NCBI GenBank assembly: GCA_047495785.1
Contig: JBLDXI010000018.1
Span: 310,001-374,000, forward strand
Source of the DNA: Lepidodermella squamata
Taxonomy: Eukaryota; Animalia; Gastrotricha
DNA: 64,000 nt
Direction of reading: 5' to 3'
Shown here: positions 50,371 to 64,000 of the stretch, piece by piece
How positions within the stretch are numbered: the first letter of the stretch is position 1
How the letters are laid out: every line of letters begins with the position of its first letter
Made by a program: the position numbers and the translations under genes
The notes under the pieces: model-generated
Databases searched by the model: none
The model's input: only the letters and a program-made list of their open reading frames with translations
Told to the model about the DNA's origin: nothing

Positions 50371-52478
50371 ATGAGATTTGCAATCCTCTTGGTTATTTTC
50401 GTCTCGATCGCCGCGGCTAACAACGACCACCTGCTGTCGTCTGAACTCGAACAGGACGATATTGAGGACCACGTCGTGCCTCGAACCGGGCGAGCCGCGC
50501 GCCTGGTCGACCCACCGCCGACGAAAAATCGGCGAATTGCATCGCCAACGAACCGCTACTCGAACATGCCTCCGCCCAACGCACTTCAAAAGGTGCTGCT
50601 GACTAATTACAGCGATGCGAGGTGCAACGACGGGTCGCCCGCTGGCTATTACATCCGTCGATCGCCGTACGGCTCCAAGGTGTGGTTCGTCTACTTCGAG
50701 GGCGGGTGGTTTTGCTTCGATGACGAATCGTGCGCGTGGCGCTTGCAGAACTACAACCAGTACATGTCGTCGAAAGGCTGGGAAGAGTACCGAAACGGGG
50801 TCGGAATTTTATCTGGCGATTCTGAAGAAAATCCACTATTTTACGCGCACAACATGGTGTAAGTGAATTTTAATGCCATTTTGCCTTTTTTGATTTTTCT
50901 TTAAACATTTTATAATTTATTGATTGATTTTTTTACTATTTTTTATTATAGGATTGCTCAGTACTGCTCGAGTGACATATGGGCTGGAACTTACAAGGCG
51001 AATAATGGATTTTCATTTTTGGGCTCGAAAATCATGGACGCTATATTCGCTCATTTACTGCAACACGAAAATCTGGGCTCATCCGATGTTGTTTACATGG
51101 CCGGCAGCAGGTTAGCAATCCGACCTCTTACCCTGTTGTCCCATTTGATTTATTGAAATTTATCATTTTGAATTCCATGGAGTGTCCCTTTCGAAGTTTT
51201 GAAAATTGATTTGATGTTTGATGATTTTTCTTAATTGATTGAATTATAAATTTCATTATTTTTTTTATTTTTCCATCCAGTGCTGGCGGCCTTGGCGTAT
51301 TGTTGAATATCGATCGAATTTCAGTTATGCTCGACTCGTTCGGCGTCTCAGTGCGAGGCATCGTCGACTCGGCCTGGTTTTTAGACTCGTCGCCTAAAAA
51401 CCAAGTCGCCGACCAGTTCATTAAAAACTGCGCGAAATGCAACTCGAATCTACGCGACTACATGAAAATCGGGCTGAAAATGTGGCGACCTCGGTTGCCC
51501 GCCTCGTGCGAGTCGAATTTCGCCTCGGACGACGCGTGGAAATGCCTATTCGCCAACAACACCATCCAATACGTCTCCGCCCCTGTTATGGTCGTTCAAT
51601 TTCTGTACGACGAGGTTCAAACGCTGCTCAGCCAAATGACCCGGCCGTCGACCTTGGAAGACTGGCGACACGTCGTGTGGATGGGCAATGAAGTGAGGCG
51701 GTCGCTTCGCGCGTTGCGGTACGTGTTCGCACCGGCCTGCTACTCGCATTCGGCCCTCATTCAGCCGGAATGGGCTGGCCTGGCCTCGTCTTCAGCATAC
51801 CGGTCTATGGGCGAGGTTATGGAGTGCTGGATGTACAAACTCGACCGAATCGTTTCTAGGAAAAAAGGTAAAAAAGGTTTTTAACATTTTAACAGTTAAA
51901 GACAATCGTTTTTAAGCATTTTTGGTCAATTATGGCCAACCTTGAACATGCCTCGATTTTGAGGTTTTTGTTATTAAAAACTATCAACGAAAGCACAAAA
52001 ACGATCATTTCAAATCATTTTCGTTTTTCGTGAATTCCTCATCAATTCTCATAATTTTGGGAACCGTGCCGTCACGTAGACACACGTTTCACTGCACAGT
52101 TGATAAATTATTATCGATTATCTTTACATTTATTATTGTTTTTTAGGTCGTTCGATTAGCACTCGTTCGCCGCTGCCGCCAAACACGCGGCACCAGTCGC
52201 ACGTGAGGTTAACCAACCGATGCCACGCCCGAGCCCTGGACGGCTGTGACGACCCGCTTTGCAACCGGTCTTGTCCGAAGGTCACCGACCCTGGCACCGG
52301 GGCGGAACTCAACGTCTTCGAATCGATCATGCGATCTGACATGTCTGCAGTCATGCAGGTTGCGAACGTGCTTGAACTGGACCCGGCGAGGCTGTCACAG
52401 CAAGACCGCGGCCTGGTGCTGCGCATGCTCGTGAGACGCAGCGGGTCAGATGCGTACGATGATGTGAACGATTCTTGA
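50371..52478 (+). CDS. NOTUM: Notum, Wnt palmitoleoyl carboxylesterase; exons 50371-50858, 50952-51110, 51281-51867, 52147-52478
   Basis: Signal peptide, CNDGSPAGYYIRRS, FEGGWFC oxyanion motif, YCSSDIW, spliced GSSAGG nucleophile motif, QFLYDE, APACYSH (Ser-Asp-His triad) and DGC..PLCNRSCP. Confidence 0.93.
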
Positions 52479-53570
52479 TGATAGAAATCGTGTTGTTGTG
52501 TTAATTCTCGCCTTCAATATTTTATGATATTTTATACGGTTTATATTTAGCTCAGTGTAATATACAAACGTTTTCGAATGCTCGCGACAAGTTTTACTCG
52601 ATAATAGGCAATTTCGACGAAACGGCTTGCGAAGAAATTTTTCAGCGTCAACATTATTGATATTATATTATTAGAGGTGGGATTTATCGAATTTTTCATG
52701 CAATTTTCTCACTTGTATTCAAAAATTCGAAACAACTGAAATTCGCTTTTTCAGCGCCTATAGATTAGATATTTGGAAGCTATTCAATCACCAATTCATA
52801 ATTCAATTTGGGTTGTGATTTATAAACTACATCTGGTTTCTGCCATTCTACTTTATTCAACCTGGAATTTTGCATAGCTTATATTAAGCATTCATATTCA
52901 AATTATTTCATCAACATTTATCAGTCTGTGTTTGAATGTTAAAGTTCGAAGTTTTTGACTGTTCAAGAAATGAGATTGTTGGTAATTGTTGACGCTGAAA
53001 AATTCAAATGATCGCAACCCGTTGATTTTCTGGAATGACGATGGCTTGAGATTTTCAATAACACGCGCATGCTCTTGTTTTGTTGTGGTTGTGCAGGCGC
53101 GATTCGGCTGTGACAGCGTGCTGCTTGCTTCTTTTCGCTATTCTATCAGCCGTTCTTTCTGTCTCTTATTACAAAATTGACATCGATTTAACAAACGAAA
53201 AATATCAGTTTTAGCATCTTATTTTTTGCAGCTCTTCGTTTCATCTTCTTGTTGATGCTTTTATGCCGATCAAACGCATGGAAAAAGACTAACAATAACT
53301 GATGAGAAAATTTGAAATAAAACGCCAGAAACATGTCAATTTTCTGCTTTTTTATTCCTTTTTATGAAATCAGTCGTAGTATCAAAGTTCGCAAAATAAG
53401 TAATCGCGATTTCTTTACTTTACATAATATTACAGAATTTCCTGATGACAAACAGCACAAAAAGCAAAACACATAGAAATATGTCCAGAGGCGGCAAAAT
53501 TACGGGAACAGTTTAGAAGCAGCAAGCCATGCGAAAATTTGTAAAACGGGAAGTGAAAGGCCCATTTTAT

Positions 53571-54299
53571 TCAAGTTGGTCGGCGCAAATTTTCGAGTCG
53601 TTTCAACAAATCGTCGTCAGCGTCCGACGACGCGGCAGGTCCGCCACCCGAAGCCGAAGCTCCGCCGCCTCCCGAGGCAGCAGCAGCCGCAGCAACGCGA
53701 CCAGGCCCGGCAGAACTAGCAGTGGCCGGAACCGCCTTGGCAGTGCCAGGAATTTTCGCCAAATCGTCGGTGATTTGGAGGCCCATTTCGTCGAGAACTT
53801 GCTTAACAATTTCCTCAGTCTCTTCTTCGTCACCCTCTTCGCCAATCGCGTCGTCAATTGCATCAGTCATCATCTCCTCCTTCATGTCCATAATCTCACT
53901 CTCCCGCTCGAATTCAGTCATAATTTTCTGAATTTGCGGTAAATTCAACTGACGGTTCATTTGATGAAGAGCTTTCGTTACGCCCTTCATCGCCTGAGCC
54001 ATTGCATCGGTTGATTTCAAGGTTTGGACCTTGAGTGACACGCCCTGGATGTTCGCTTTCATCATGATAAATTTTTTGATGTACCGCCTGGTTCGGACGA
54101 GATCTTTCGCCATGACTTTCACCGCGTCCATCTGCCCCATTTTCGCCATTTTACGAATATCATTCTTCGTTTTGATTTCCTGTTGCTCGAGGTGTTGACG
54201 CTCACGGTCGAGTTCGCGCATAGCTTTATTCAACGCACGTTGATTCTGACGCAGCAACTCCTGAGGAGTTTTTTTCCGACCAAACAGCCATTCCATCAT
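53571..54299 (-). CDS. CHMP2A: ESCRT-III subunit CHMP2A/Vps2 (intronless CDS)
   Basis: MEWLFGRKKTPQELLRQNQRALNKAMRELDRER...MAKDLVRTRRY...AMAQAMKGVTKA...EFERESEIMDMKEEMM and a C-terminal MIM1 DDDLLKRLENLRR. Confidence 0.96.
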   Translation of the reverse strand: MMEWLFGRKKTPQELLRQNQRALNKAMRELDRERQHLEQQEIKTKNDIRKMAKMGQMDAVKVMAKDLVRTRRYIKKFIMMKANIQGVSLKVQTLKSTDAMAQAMKGVTKALHQMNRQLNLPQIQKIMTEFERESEIMDMKEEMMTDAIDDAIGEEGDEEETEEIVKQVLDEMGLQITDDLAKIPGTAKAVPATASSAGPGRVAAAAAASGGGGASASGGGPAASSDADDDLLKRLENLRRPT

Positions 54300-54352
54300 T
54301 TTTAAAGACTGATTACTTAAAACTCTACAAATGAAATAAGTAAATCGTATAT

Positions 54353-55034
54353 TTATTTAGATTGAGCACCAGCGAAATCAGGGCTGATCGTAATTGAATT
54401 GATGCGAAGGCAACAAATCGGGCTTTGATGAACTGCGTGGGTGGAGCATAATTAATTCATGGAAATATTAAAAATACCGAAACTTACAAGAAATTCGACG
54501 GTAATTCTCTTTCGATATTTGGTACCAAACGGGTTTAGTATGGTCGACTGTCTTCTCTACAACTGTAGCTTCCACACGAACTGCACCATGAGGTAACAAA
54601 GGGCGACCAACAACCGTGAATGAGTTACTGCCAACCAACAAAACCTTTTCTAATACGATTCGCTCACCGACTTCGGCCGGAAAATGACCCTCCAAGACTA
54701 AAATATCTTCCTGAGTAATCAGGCGCTGTTTTCCAAGCATTTGAACGATAGCAAATGTCCGACCAACAGCTTTGTCTGCCACCTGAGAGGCAAAAGCCCG
54801 CTGAACTTCGGATGAAACCTGTTCAACCCGTTCAGCTGATATTTCAGGTAAAGGAATGGGGTCTCGATTGTTGTATTTCGATATTGTGGAGAGCAACGAT
54901 GGGGGAAATGGAGACTTTCTTTTCGGATTACGCGTATGCATGACGAGCCCATCAATGCTCCTCGATCCCCGGAATCGACGCGGGACCACGTACAGAGGAA
55001 GAGAGCTGGTAATGAGCCTCGCAAATTGAGACAT
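54353..55034 (-). CDS. MRPL21: Mitochondrial ribosomal protein bL21m; exons 55034-54488 and 54432-54353
   Basis: Basic N-terminal targeting peptide, GRTFAIVQMLGKQRLITQEDIL, GERIVLEKVLLVGSNSFTVVGRPLL and VRVEATVVEKT. A GTAAGT..GCAG intron adds FHQSPICCLRINSITI...SK*. Confidence 0.92.
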
Positions 55035-57866
55035 TGACAACTTTCAGCAGCAAACAAATTGGAGGAAGTTATAGGCTAACACTGACAGATGAAACTACCG
55101 ATGTGCAATTTAAAAGCGCTGACGTACCGTTCAATCCTTCAATCACTCTCCGGGCGTAACCTCTTTGAAATACTCACCCGATCAAACAAAAAAACTTTCT
55201 GATGAATCAGATCAACCTGGGGATTACGTTTTGACACACAATATATAAGAATTCAAAATAATACTTTTATAATTTGTTTTAGGTTGGTTCCAACAATTTT
55301 ATTATTTTTTGGCGGTATTTTTTCAAGTTTTATGTTTTAAGCTGGTCTCTCTGTTGTTTTTTTTGGCAGCGGACGTTGTGGTACGACCTTTCTTTGTCCC
55401 GAGTTATGCGCTATATGCCTGTTGACAGCTGCCGTGTTCCTGTTGTCACCTTTTCTTTACACTTCAGCTCCAATTTTTCGTGCGAACTCGTAGTTAATGC
55501 CAGTATTCTGTACGTTTCATGCAGTCAGCTGTTTTTTGGTTACAGCAAACCGGCAACATATGTTGCGCATTTAATAGCACAATTTTAACGAATTCGGCGG
55601 AATATTTGCGGAGAAAGGGAGTGAGAAAGCTTCGATTCAACATATGGTGAAAATATGGGTATAGTGGACTACTGTAAAACGTAATCCATCTCTGTCTGGT
55701 TTTCTAAGTGTGCCTGATGCTTGATAATGAGGGTTGGATCAATATAGTCTCTTGTTATATTTAAACTTCTGGTTACACGTTACATTGAGGTGGAATTTAT
55801 CCATAATTTTACTGCCACGAGTACATTGGCGTCGAACGTCAAAACAGTAAGAATGCCCGTGTCCGCATTGCCTTTCTCGGCTACCACTCATAAATGTTTG
55901 AGAAAATTGAAAGCTAGCAATTTCTGATTTTTTTTTCATTTGTTTGAGTTGCTTATCACCTTCAAAAGGAATATTCAGAGCTTTCGAACATTAATTAAAT
56001 ATGGCTCTGACGTAAAACTTGAGCAGCCCTTGGCCATTAGTTTTGCGACTTGTCTTCTCTTTACAGCAAAGTTACCTAGATACATTCTTTTTATTTGCGC
56101 ATATTTTGAGGCCAAGTGATCAGTTTAAAAGCCAAAATAACTTGACCCACTTGTTTTTTCTGTCATATGACTCAATTTGCTTGATTAAAGTTTTTTTATG
56201 CTGATGTGATCAGCTTGAAATAGGATGACCCGTGCTGTTTACAGCTGACTTTTTGCCGTTATTGACTACATTGCTGAATTTTCCTGGTTCAACGAGAGAG
56301 TCATTGTGATTATTAACAGGTAAGATCTATTCGGTGCATAGTTATGTTTTCCACGTACACCCGACCGGATATTATGCGAGACTTTTTAACGCTTCCTCTT
56401 GAAGCCTTATACAGTGCATGCTTCGTAAGCTTGAAAAAAGATTAACTTGTTATTAAAAACCTGTAAAGTCGAATAAATTAACTGCGATGTTGTTCTGCGG
56501 CGTGCCAAATTGAATTTCTTCATTCGCCGACTGGCTGACTGGCTGGCTGGCGGTTTATTAATCGACAGCTGAGTGCGCGCACGCGCCAGAAAAGCTGAAA
56601 AAATTCATATTGATCAGAGCTCGGAAAAAAGTTATTAGACGCGAAAAAAACGCGCGAGACCTTACCGATATAATGCACTTTTTATGTGATCGAAGTTGCG
56701 GTATTCGCCGGTTGAGTAGTCGAAAGTCAGTCACATGGATAAGAGCGCGAAAAAATCGATACTAGCGCGAATTTGCATTTCGCAGCGACGCCACATCTAT
56801 AAGCGCATATTTATCGATTTTTTGCCTCACCATAGTCTGTCGATAGTAGGTAGTAGTAGTTTTACTGCTGCTATGGAACGACATTGTGCGGTTATATTGT
56901 TTGCCTACTACATGTTTTAGTGCGGAAAAATACACACTTGGCAAAAATCTCGGTGTCTTTTATTAATACCTCGCTTTAACTTTATTATTAACTCACGGGG
57001 TGAGGTTTTTCGAGCGGAAAAATAATCTAGCGTGATTATTATTTCGATTTCATTAAATTTATGTGTTTGCATTTGACTCTGTTCGTATGTACCTATGAGC
57101 GGCGAGATGAGAGGGAGAAGAGGCGTATAGAGGCGCGATATGTCATTGAGAAGGGCAGAGACTGCTGCTGTTGAATAATTGATTTTCCCGCGTCTCTTTC
57201 CCTATATAATATAATACGTGTTTCGCTTTTTTCGACGACGACGACGACGACGACGACGAACAAATAAACCCTCCTCATCGTTACCTCGTCGTTAATTTGC
57301 TTGCTTGCTTTTTTGGATAATAATAATAATACTGCTAATGATATTCTATCCACATCATTCGCGTTTCATTCGAGTAAAAATCTAAGCTAAAATCATGATT
57401 TTTCGATGAACTATTTTGATTGAGCAAATTTTCGCTGAAAAATGGTACGTTTATACGGGCTGTACAACAATTGTGATTGTTCAACAATGTGTCTGCATGT
57501 TGTCTGAAAGTTGGTTGGAAAAATTCGCTAGGGATTGCTGCGATAACAAAATGTGTTTCGCCTTATCTCGCCGCGCTCTGATAACATCAAGCAACGCACA
57601 CGGGCTCTTTATTTTTATGCTATGCGACGTTTTTTCCCGTCTTCGTCGACGTCGTTCTTTATGCGATAATAATTTATTCTATTTGTGTGTACCTATATAA
57701 TGGCCATTCATTTAGTAGCCGCTTTTTTAGGGTCACTGATCATCATCGTCGAAATTTGCATAATTTGTTGTTTTTTTTCATCGTGTATTTTCGGTGCGTC
57801 AAACTTATGTTTGTTTTTCTGTTTTTTCTCGGCCAATTCTTTTAGCCAATTATAAGACGAGCGACG

Positions 57867-60800
57867 ATGAACAAGCTGAAGGGCTTCATGGGCAGCCTCG
57901 GCATGTCCACGGTGTCGAATTCGGCCGCGGCCCAGGCGCCGGCCGCTGCTAAGCTCGACGAACTCGGCTGCGACGACGTGCTCGATGCCGCTCAATTTTC
58001 CTACTGCAAGGTATCCACGCCTGGAATTCATTTAATTTCTAATTTATTTAGGCGATGCAAAGCCTCGATTTTGGTTTAAATCACCCATATCGGGGCTAAA
58101 ACAGACTTGTTTACGGCATTTTATTTTGAATGAATTTTTATTGATTTTTTTGAATATGAAATTTGTCGTAAACGAGGTCATTGAATATTTTTAATTTCAC
58201 AATCGCTTGCTTGCATGCTTGCTTGTTATCACCAATAATTGTTAAATTTTTGTTTATTTCATTGTCACATTAACACCATTCAACATTCATGATGCAAATT
58301 CGATCGATGTAAAGATCGAGGTTTGAAAAATAGCGATTAAATTCTTCTCCTTATCCTTTCGATTGATTTCGAATGCACCAACAACCTCCTTTAAATTCGA
58401 TTATGACAGCTAAAAAAATCATCTTGCATTGCAACATCATCCTCGCTTAGTTTGTAGTGACAACGGCATTTTTTGGCATTCATCAATTTTTAGACTCATT
58501 TTTTTCCTATGTTTGGTAGTGACTTTAGCCTGTTTACGCATCGATTTTCTGTCGTGACATGTAATTCTGTGTGTGTGCTTTCAGGCTTCCATCTTCGGCT
58601 TCCCGGCCGAACCGTCATGTTTCGCCTACGACCCAGTACAGCGGCTAATAGCCATCGGGACGAAAACTGGGCGGGTCCGCGTGTTCGGGCAGCCCGGCGC
58701 CGATTGCTGCCTCGTGCACCCGAGTTATCACTCGGAGAGCGGCTCGGTTGTGCAGCCGGGCGCCGATGGGGCCCCGACGGGCGCCCAGCCGGCTGCTCCT
58801 AGCTCCTCGCCGGCCGCGATCGTGCAAGTGCTGTTCGTGGTGAACGAAGGCGGCCTTATTACGATGTGCTCCGATTCAAAACTTCACTACTGGAATATTC
58901 GCGACAAAACGCCTGCAATTCGCAATTCCATTCAATTCCAACGAGAAATGTTCGTTCTTCTAAAAATAAATAGTCGCAATTTTCGAATCAATCGCCAGAA
59001 AATTCTCATTAAAAATTGATGATTTCAAAATTGATAAAAATAGACGAAATTTTGTATTTTTCATAATTTTGAGCAATTTGGAAAATTTATAACATTTGCA
59101 TTTTTGTATTCTCTAGACCTTCATATTGCTTTCACCCTGTCCAATCGAAGTGGCTGTTTGTTGGCTCTTCGCAAGGCAACGTTCATTTTGTTAACATCGA
59201 GTCTTTCACGCTGTCCGGTTACATTATCTATTGGAATAAAGCTGTTGGCCCGTAAGTTTCTTACGCTCTCTACTTTGGCCCGTCTGCCATCGATCAATTG
59301 TTATTGTTTACCATTCCTGTGGGAAATCAGCAGCGCAACATTAAAGACCGCGGCTAGTTTAAACGCCGTATAGCATGTATTTGGCTCGTAGTTAGAGGGG
59401 CTGGATGAAAAATAATGAGGAAAATTATTAATTGTTATTTCTTTTTTCGAATGCGTAAACAATTTAATGGCGTTAAAAATGATTGAGATAAAATTCGAAA
59501 AAATTGAAAAAAATGAATTTATTTCTAGAACAATGTGTTCGAAGCACCCTGGTGCCGTTGTGCAACTCGTCGACAGCCCGATCGACCCGAATAAATTGCT
59601 GATCGGCTTCGAAACCGGCCTCATCGTGCTGTGGGACCTGAAGGCGAAGGCGACCGACGTGAAATTCGCCGTTCAGGAGGGCCTTCACTCGCTGTCGTGG
59701 CACAGCGACGGGCGGTATTTCATGAGCTCGCACACGGACGGCTCGCTCATCACGTGGGACATCAAAAACCCGGCGAAACCCGCCGCCGTGGAACAGCCGC
59801 ATGGTAAATGAAACTGAGAAACCCTCCTTGAAATTTTAAGACAAAAAATGTAATTTTTGCATGGTAAATCTAACCTTTACTAAGGTTGCTTCTTAGACCC
59901 CACTGGCAAGTTTTTGTCGATAATCGGATGTACCTAAATTTGCCTCATTGAAAATCTTGCCATGTTTCTCCTTTAGACGGCCAATTTTTGAATATGCTTC
60001 CTTTAAACAGTCTTGAAGTCTAAGTATTTCCTAAATTTATGCCTTATTTTTTTACAGCTATTGGCAAAACCGGTCCGTCAAAAGAGTATTTCCTGCCTAT
60101 TCCGAAAGTTGAATGGAAAACAGCACCAGAGAGGTAAGAAAACTAGGCCGGCATGTTAGATGAAAATTTTGTAGTCACTCTACCTAATAGCATGTATTTT
60201 TTTCGCATGTAACAATTGATATTAAATAACTCGCTATCAATTTTTCACTTCATATTTTAATTTTCGCTGCTTTTAATATTGATTGACTTGATTGAAGCAA
60301 CGGCCCTATTCTTGACTCTGTCTGGAACTCAAGGTAAAAATACTTGAAAAAACGTCAGGACGATGAAACCAGGCAAAAAAACACCCGCACTAATTTGAAT
60401 AAAAATATGTGCAATTGATTGACGCCTTTTTGCTGTGTGTTCGCAATAATTATTTAAATAATTTGAAAATAATATTATCGCAATACTATTTCAAGTCAGT
60501 GTGTGAATCTGTGTTTGGTTAATTTATTTACGCGATATGCCATTTTTTCTGCGGCTGCCAATTTTTAGTAGCATCGCACCTTTCATTTAGTTCGTTTCTT
60601 AAGCATCCAATTTCTCGCGACTATTAGTTGAGATATTTTGCTGCTAGCCGTCTTTTAGAATGCAAACATCTACTGGTTTTAGATTGTTTTATATTATACT
60701 TTTTGATCCTGAAAACGCATGATTGCGATCTCCTATGAATTTGTCAAGAGAATACTTAATGCTTGAGCTTTTTTCTCCTCACCATATCGTATTTTTTATT

Positions 60801-63123
60801 CACAAAAAAATGGCTTTTTGTTGCAGTTTAATCGGGCTATATTTTTGCTGCAATTATTTTCAAACTTGATTTCTAAGAGTTGTTTTGTGTTTTTTCCGTT
60901 CTTTCAGTGAGCAGTTTGTTATATTTTCCGGCGGCACGGTGATGCGAGGCAAAAGTTTCGGCACGCTGTCGATAATGCGCGGCAAGAACTTGAATTTGCT
61001 CGATTTGCAATCGGAAATCATCGATTTTTGTACGCTGTGCCCGTCGCCATTCGCAAACGGTCAGTTTTTTTCATATCTCTTTCATTTGTTTTTATTCGAA
61101 CTCTTGGTTTATATTAAAAAAAAATGGACTGAAAATTCTTCCCAACCATGAAGTACTAATACAAAATAGACCAGAACTGAATTATGAACCAGTGTTATTT
61201 ATATAATCGTTGGCTCCTTTCCAACGTTGGGCTTTGAAGTGGAAAATGCGGGTTTTTTTTCTCGTTAAAGACGATCATTATAGGGAAGAAAAATCGATTT
61301 TGCGAAATGTGCGGTTTTTTATGGCGGAATAAGTTCGTTAGATAAGGATGAGTCGTAAAAAAACCGGAGGATTTTCGGCTATTTCCTCTATTTTTACGAG
61401 GCTCTCTTTAAAAGCTATTCAAAATCTCTGTTAAATATTTGATGCTGAAAATGGCTACCCTAGATATTTTTAACCTAGTATTTGCGATGCGTAGCCAAAG
61501 CTGCCTAAAAGCCAGTTTAACTAAATTTTCGAATAAATGAAGAACATTTGAAATTGATTGGCAATTTTATTATGACGAAGGGATCTAAACATTTGAAAGT
61601 TAAAGAATTTCGCAAAACTGGGTGCTGATTTCGGAAAAATCACTGATTTGTAGAAATCGATAATTGGAGTCGTGAAATGACCGCTTGCGTAAAATACGTG
61701 AGATCTATTGGTTAGGCGTGATAATGAAAAATTGGGGGAAACCAGAGCTGGAAACTCAAATCAATTGCTGAAACTTTAATTTTATATAGCCAACATCCAA
61801 AAATGAGTCAATTTTTAATGGTTTAGAAAAAATGTGAAATTTTTGGTTGAATTGAATGAATTTGAAGGATGAAATATTAATTTAAAAAATAATGAAATAT
61901 TTTATTATTTTTTATTCAGAAGTGCAAAATCCGTTGGCGGTGGCTGTGTTGCTCGAAAATGACCTGATAATATTTGACCTGCAATCGCCCGGCTATCCGC
62001 CCTTCGAAAACCCGTACTCGATGGACATTCACGACTCTGAGGTCACATTCAACGGCTTTTTCGTCGATGTATCGCCCGACATCATCCCGGCGTTGTACAA
62101 GGCCGGCATGCGGCAGCGGCAGAACGCCTTCTCGCCGAAAGATTGGCCAGTCAAGGGCGGAACAGCCGGCCAGTCGATGGGCAGCTACAGCCAGTTGATA
62201 GTGACGGGCCACCGCAATGGCATCGTCAAATTCTGGGACGCATCCGGGGTGCAGCTTCAGATTTTGTACCTGTTGAACGTGTCCAAGTTGTTTCAAACGG
62301 TCGCTGAGTCGAAGCGGCGCCTCGGTCGGGTGAACAGCAAACAGAGTACGGTTCAGTCGAGCGAATCTGCGGCGACTGACCAGGCGGCCGAGTCACCACT
62401 AAATACAGAAGCTTCTTCGCCTTCTACAGCACAATCACCTGGTTCGTTAATCATATAATTTTATTTGCACATTTTCGATAACAATTTCAGGTTAAAAGTT
62501 CAAATTGCCAATTTCGAATAATTTTCAGTTTTTGAAATCATTTGAGTTTTAACTTGAAAATATGCGAAAACTGAACAGAAATAGATTCTAACTAGCTGAC
62601 TAAAAGATCAGTTTTCAAATTTTTGACAAATTAATTTTGAATTTTTTTAAATGAAATTTGATTGGAATGAATCTTTTCATTATCGAGAATTTTAATTTTG
62701 AAATTTTGTTCAGGGCTCGAAGAATCAGCTCCTAGTACAGAGAAACACCCGCCTCTTGCGCAAACAGCGACGATCCAAACACAGAGCTCGATGGATCAAG
62801 GCACCGGCGTGGTGGGCCTTAGTCAGCTCATCGCAGCCGGTACCTTCGCCGTCACCCAGGTGAAGCTGTCCGAGGACGGGCAAATGCTGCTCGTTGGCGG
62901 GGCTGGTTTCGCCGTGCTGTACCGGCTCAACGAATCAGCGGCTGAGACTAATTTGGCTGTAGTCGAAGCGCGGTTTTCTTACAACAGCAATAGCCAACAA
63001 GCTGCGTCGCAAAATTCAGCTCCTAGTCAGCAGCAAGCGCAGGAAGGAGCCGCTCAAGTAGGCCAGGAATCGCAACGGCTGTCGTCGAATTCAGCCAACC
63101 CCTCGCCAGCAGCTGGGCCTCAG
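57867..63123 (+). CDS. STXBP5: Tomosyn / syntaxin-binding protein 5 (Lgl family WD40), 5' part; at least 8 exons, continues past the window
   Basis: GFPAEPSCFAYDPVQRLIAIGTKTG, HPGAVVQLVDSPIDPNKLLIGFETGLIVLWDLK, SWHSDGRYFMSSHTDGSL, AVAVLLENDL..DL, FENPYSMDIHDS and TGHRNGIVKFWDAS. The DPVQ and FENPY motifs favour tomosyn over Lgl. Confidence 0.9.
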
Positions 63124-64000
63124 GTGAGAATCAATCAGCTGATCAGCGTGGGAGTTTGACATTTTTCGAAAACGCCCGAAATTTCAATGACATAATTTTT
63201 TTGAAATTTTCAAAATTTATGAAATTTCGGTTTTTTCGGAAATTGAAATGCGTTAATTTTTGGGTGATTTATTTTGAAATTGATTATTAGCTTGTGACCC
63301 GTTTTTTAGCTGCACATTTTAAAAATTAGCTGACGTGTTTTTTTCGATAGCCGAATGATGAAGTAGTCAACTAATACTTCGCTGACATGTAGACTACGCA
63401 CCCTTTGCTGCTCTCATACTATAACTGAACTCCATGAACCGCTCTTCTGTTGACGTGCCCCGCCTTTTTTGTCTTGACAGTACACTTTAAAGCATTTCCT
63501 GGATTAGCCAATCAAATCGGGCACAGATTTCGACAGCTCAGTTGACTTACATTAAATCGAATTTAAATTTAAATTTCAATAATTATCGATTTAAATTACC
63601 TTGAAATTTGGAATTGATTAACATCAAGTTTCCAGCACTCAGCTTACTTTTTGAGCGTTTTACTGCAGTATTTTGTCAATTTTTTGCGATTTTGGCTATT
63701 TTAATCCTAGGCTACTACTATTTTAGCTACTTGGTACCCTCTGGTGTGTAGAAAAAACATTTAATAGGTATTCGTTTTAGAGACTTCTGGAATTGAAAAC
63801 TCAGTCTCCAGATAGCCTCATTTAAGTATTTAATTTACGAAGTCATGAGTTGTTGAAAGCGAAAGCCGTTGATTTGATGTAACAAAACGCTTATAAATGC
63901 CGCTGTGTAATTGGCAACTGCAATAGTGACCCCGTTATGTATGTTTGACTTCGATGATGAGTTTTGTTTTGACTGCCAAATGAAGTTTTTGAAACTCCTG

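Overview
Eukaryotic DNA from a compact-genome invertebrate metazoan, with short AT-rich GT-AG introns and the standard genetic code. No prokaryotic genes or CRISPR arrays are present. Conserved genes: a transgelin/myophilin-type calponin-homology gene (2.5-3.5 kb), a DAPK/STK17-family kinase (22-24 kb), CEP290 (38.7-47.8 kb, with an intronic tRNA-Leu), Notum (50.4-52.5 kb), CHMP2A, MRPL21 and the 5' part of tomosyn/STXBP5. The first ~21 kb is accessory-like. It holds three very divergent GABA-B-like class C GPCRs, a secreted Pro/His/acidic/QQSGG-repeat orphan protein, an orphan Cys-rich type II membrane protein between two inverted tRNA clusters, a CR1-like LINE fragment, an ankyrin pseudogene and several foldback elements. 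Main observations: (1) MRPL21 and CHMP2A are 53 bp apart with a poly(A) signal and an unpaired 3' splice site between them, which looks like a trans-spliced operon or shared-first-exon unit. (2) A Penelope-type hammerhead ribozyme lies in sense orientation in the only intron of one GPCR. (3) A young MITE with 211-bp TIRs carries tRNA-like A/B boxes and has inserted into a tRNA-Thr gene. (4) An element at 0.7-1.7 kb is built from strand-asymmetric hairpins with GNA triloops and tandem G.A mismatches. (5) The three GABA-B-like receptors lack C-terminal tails and may be lineage-specific chemoreceptors. All exon boundaries were read by eye and no database searches were run.
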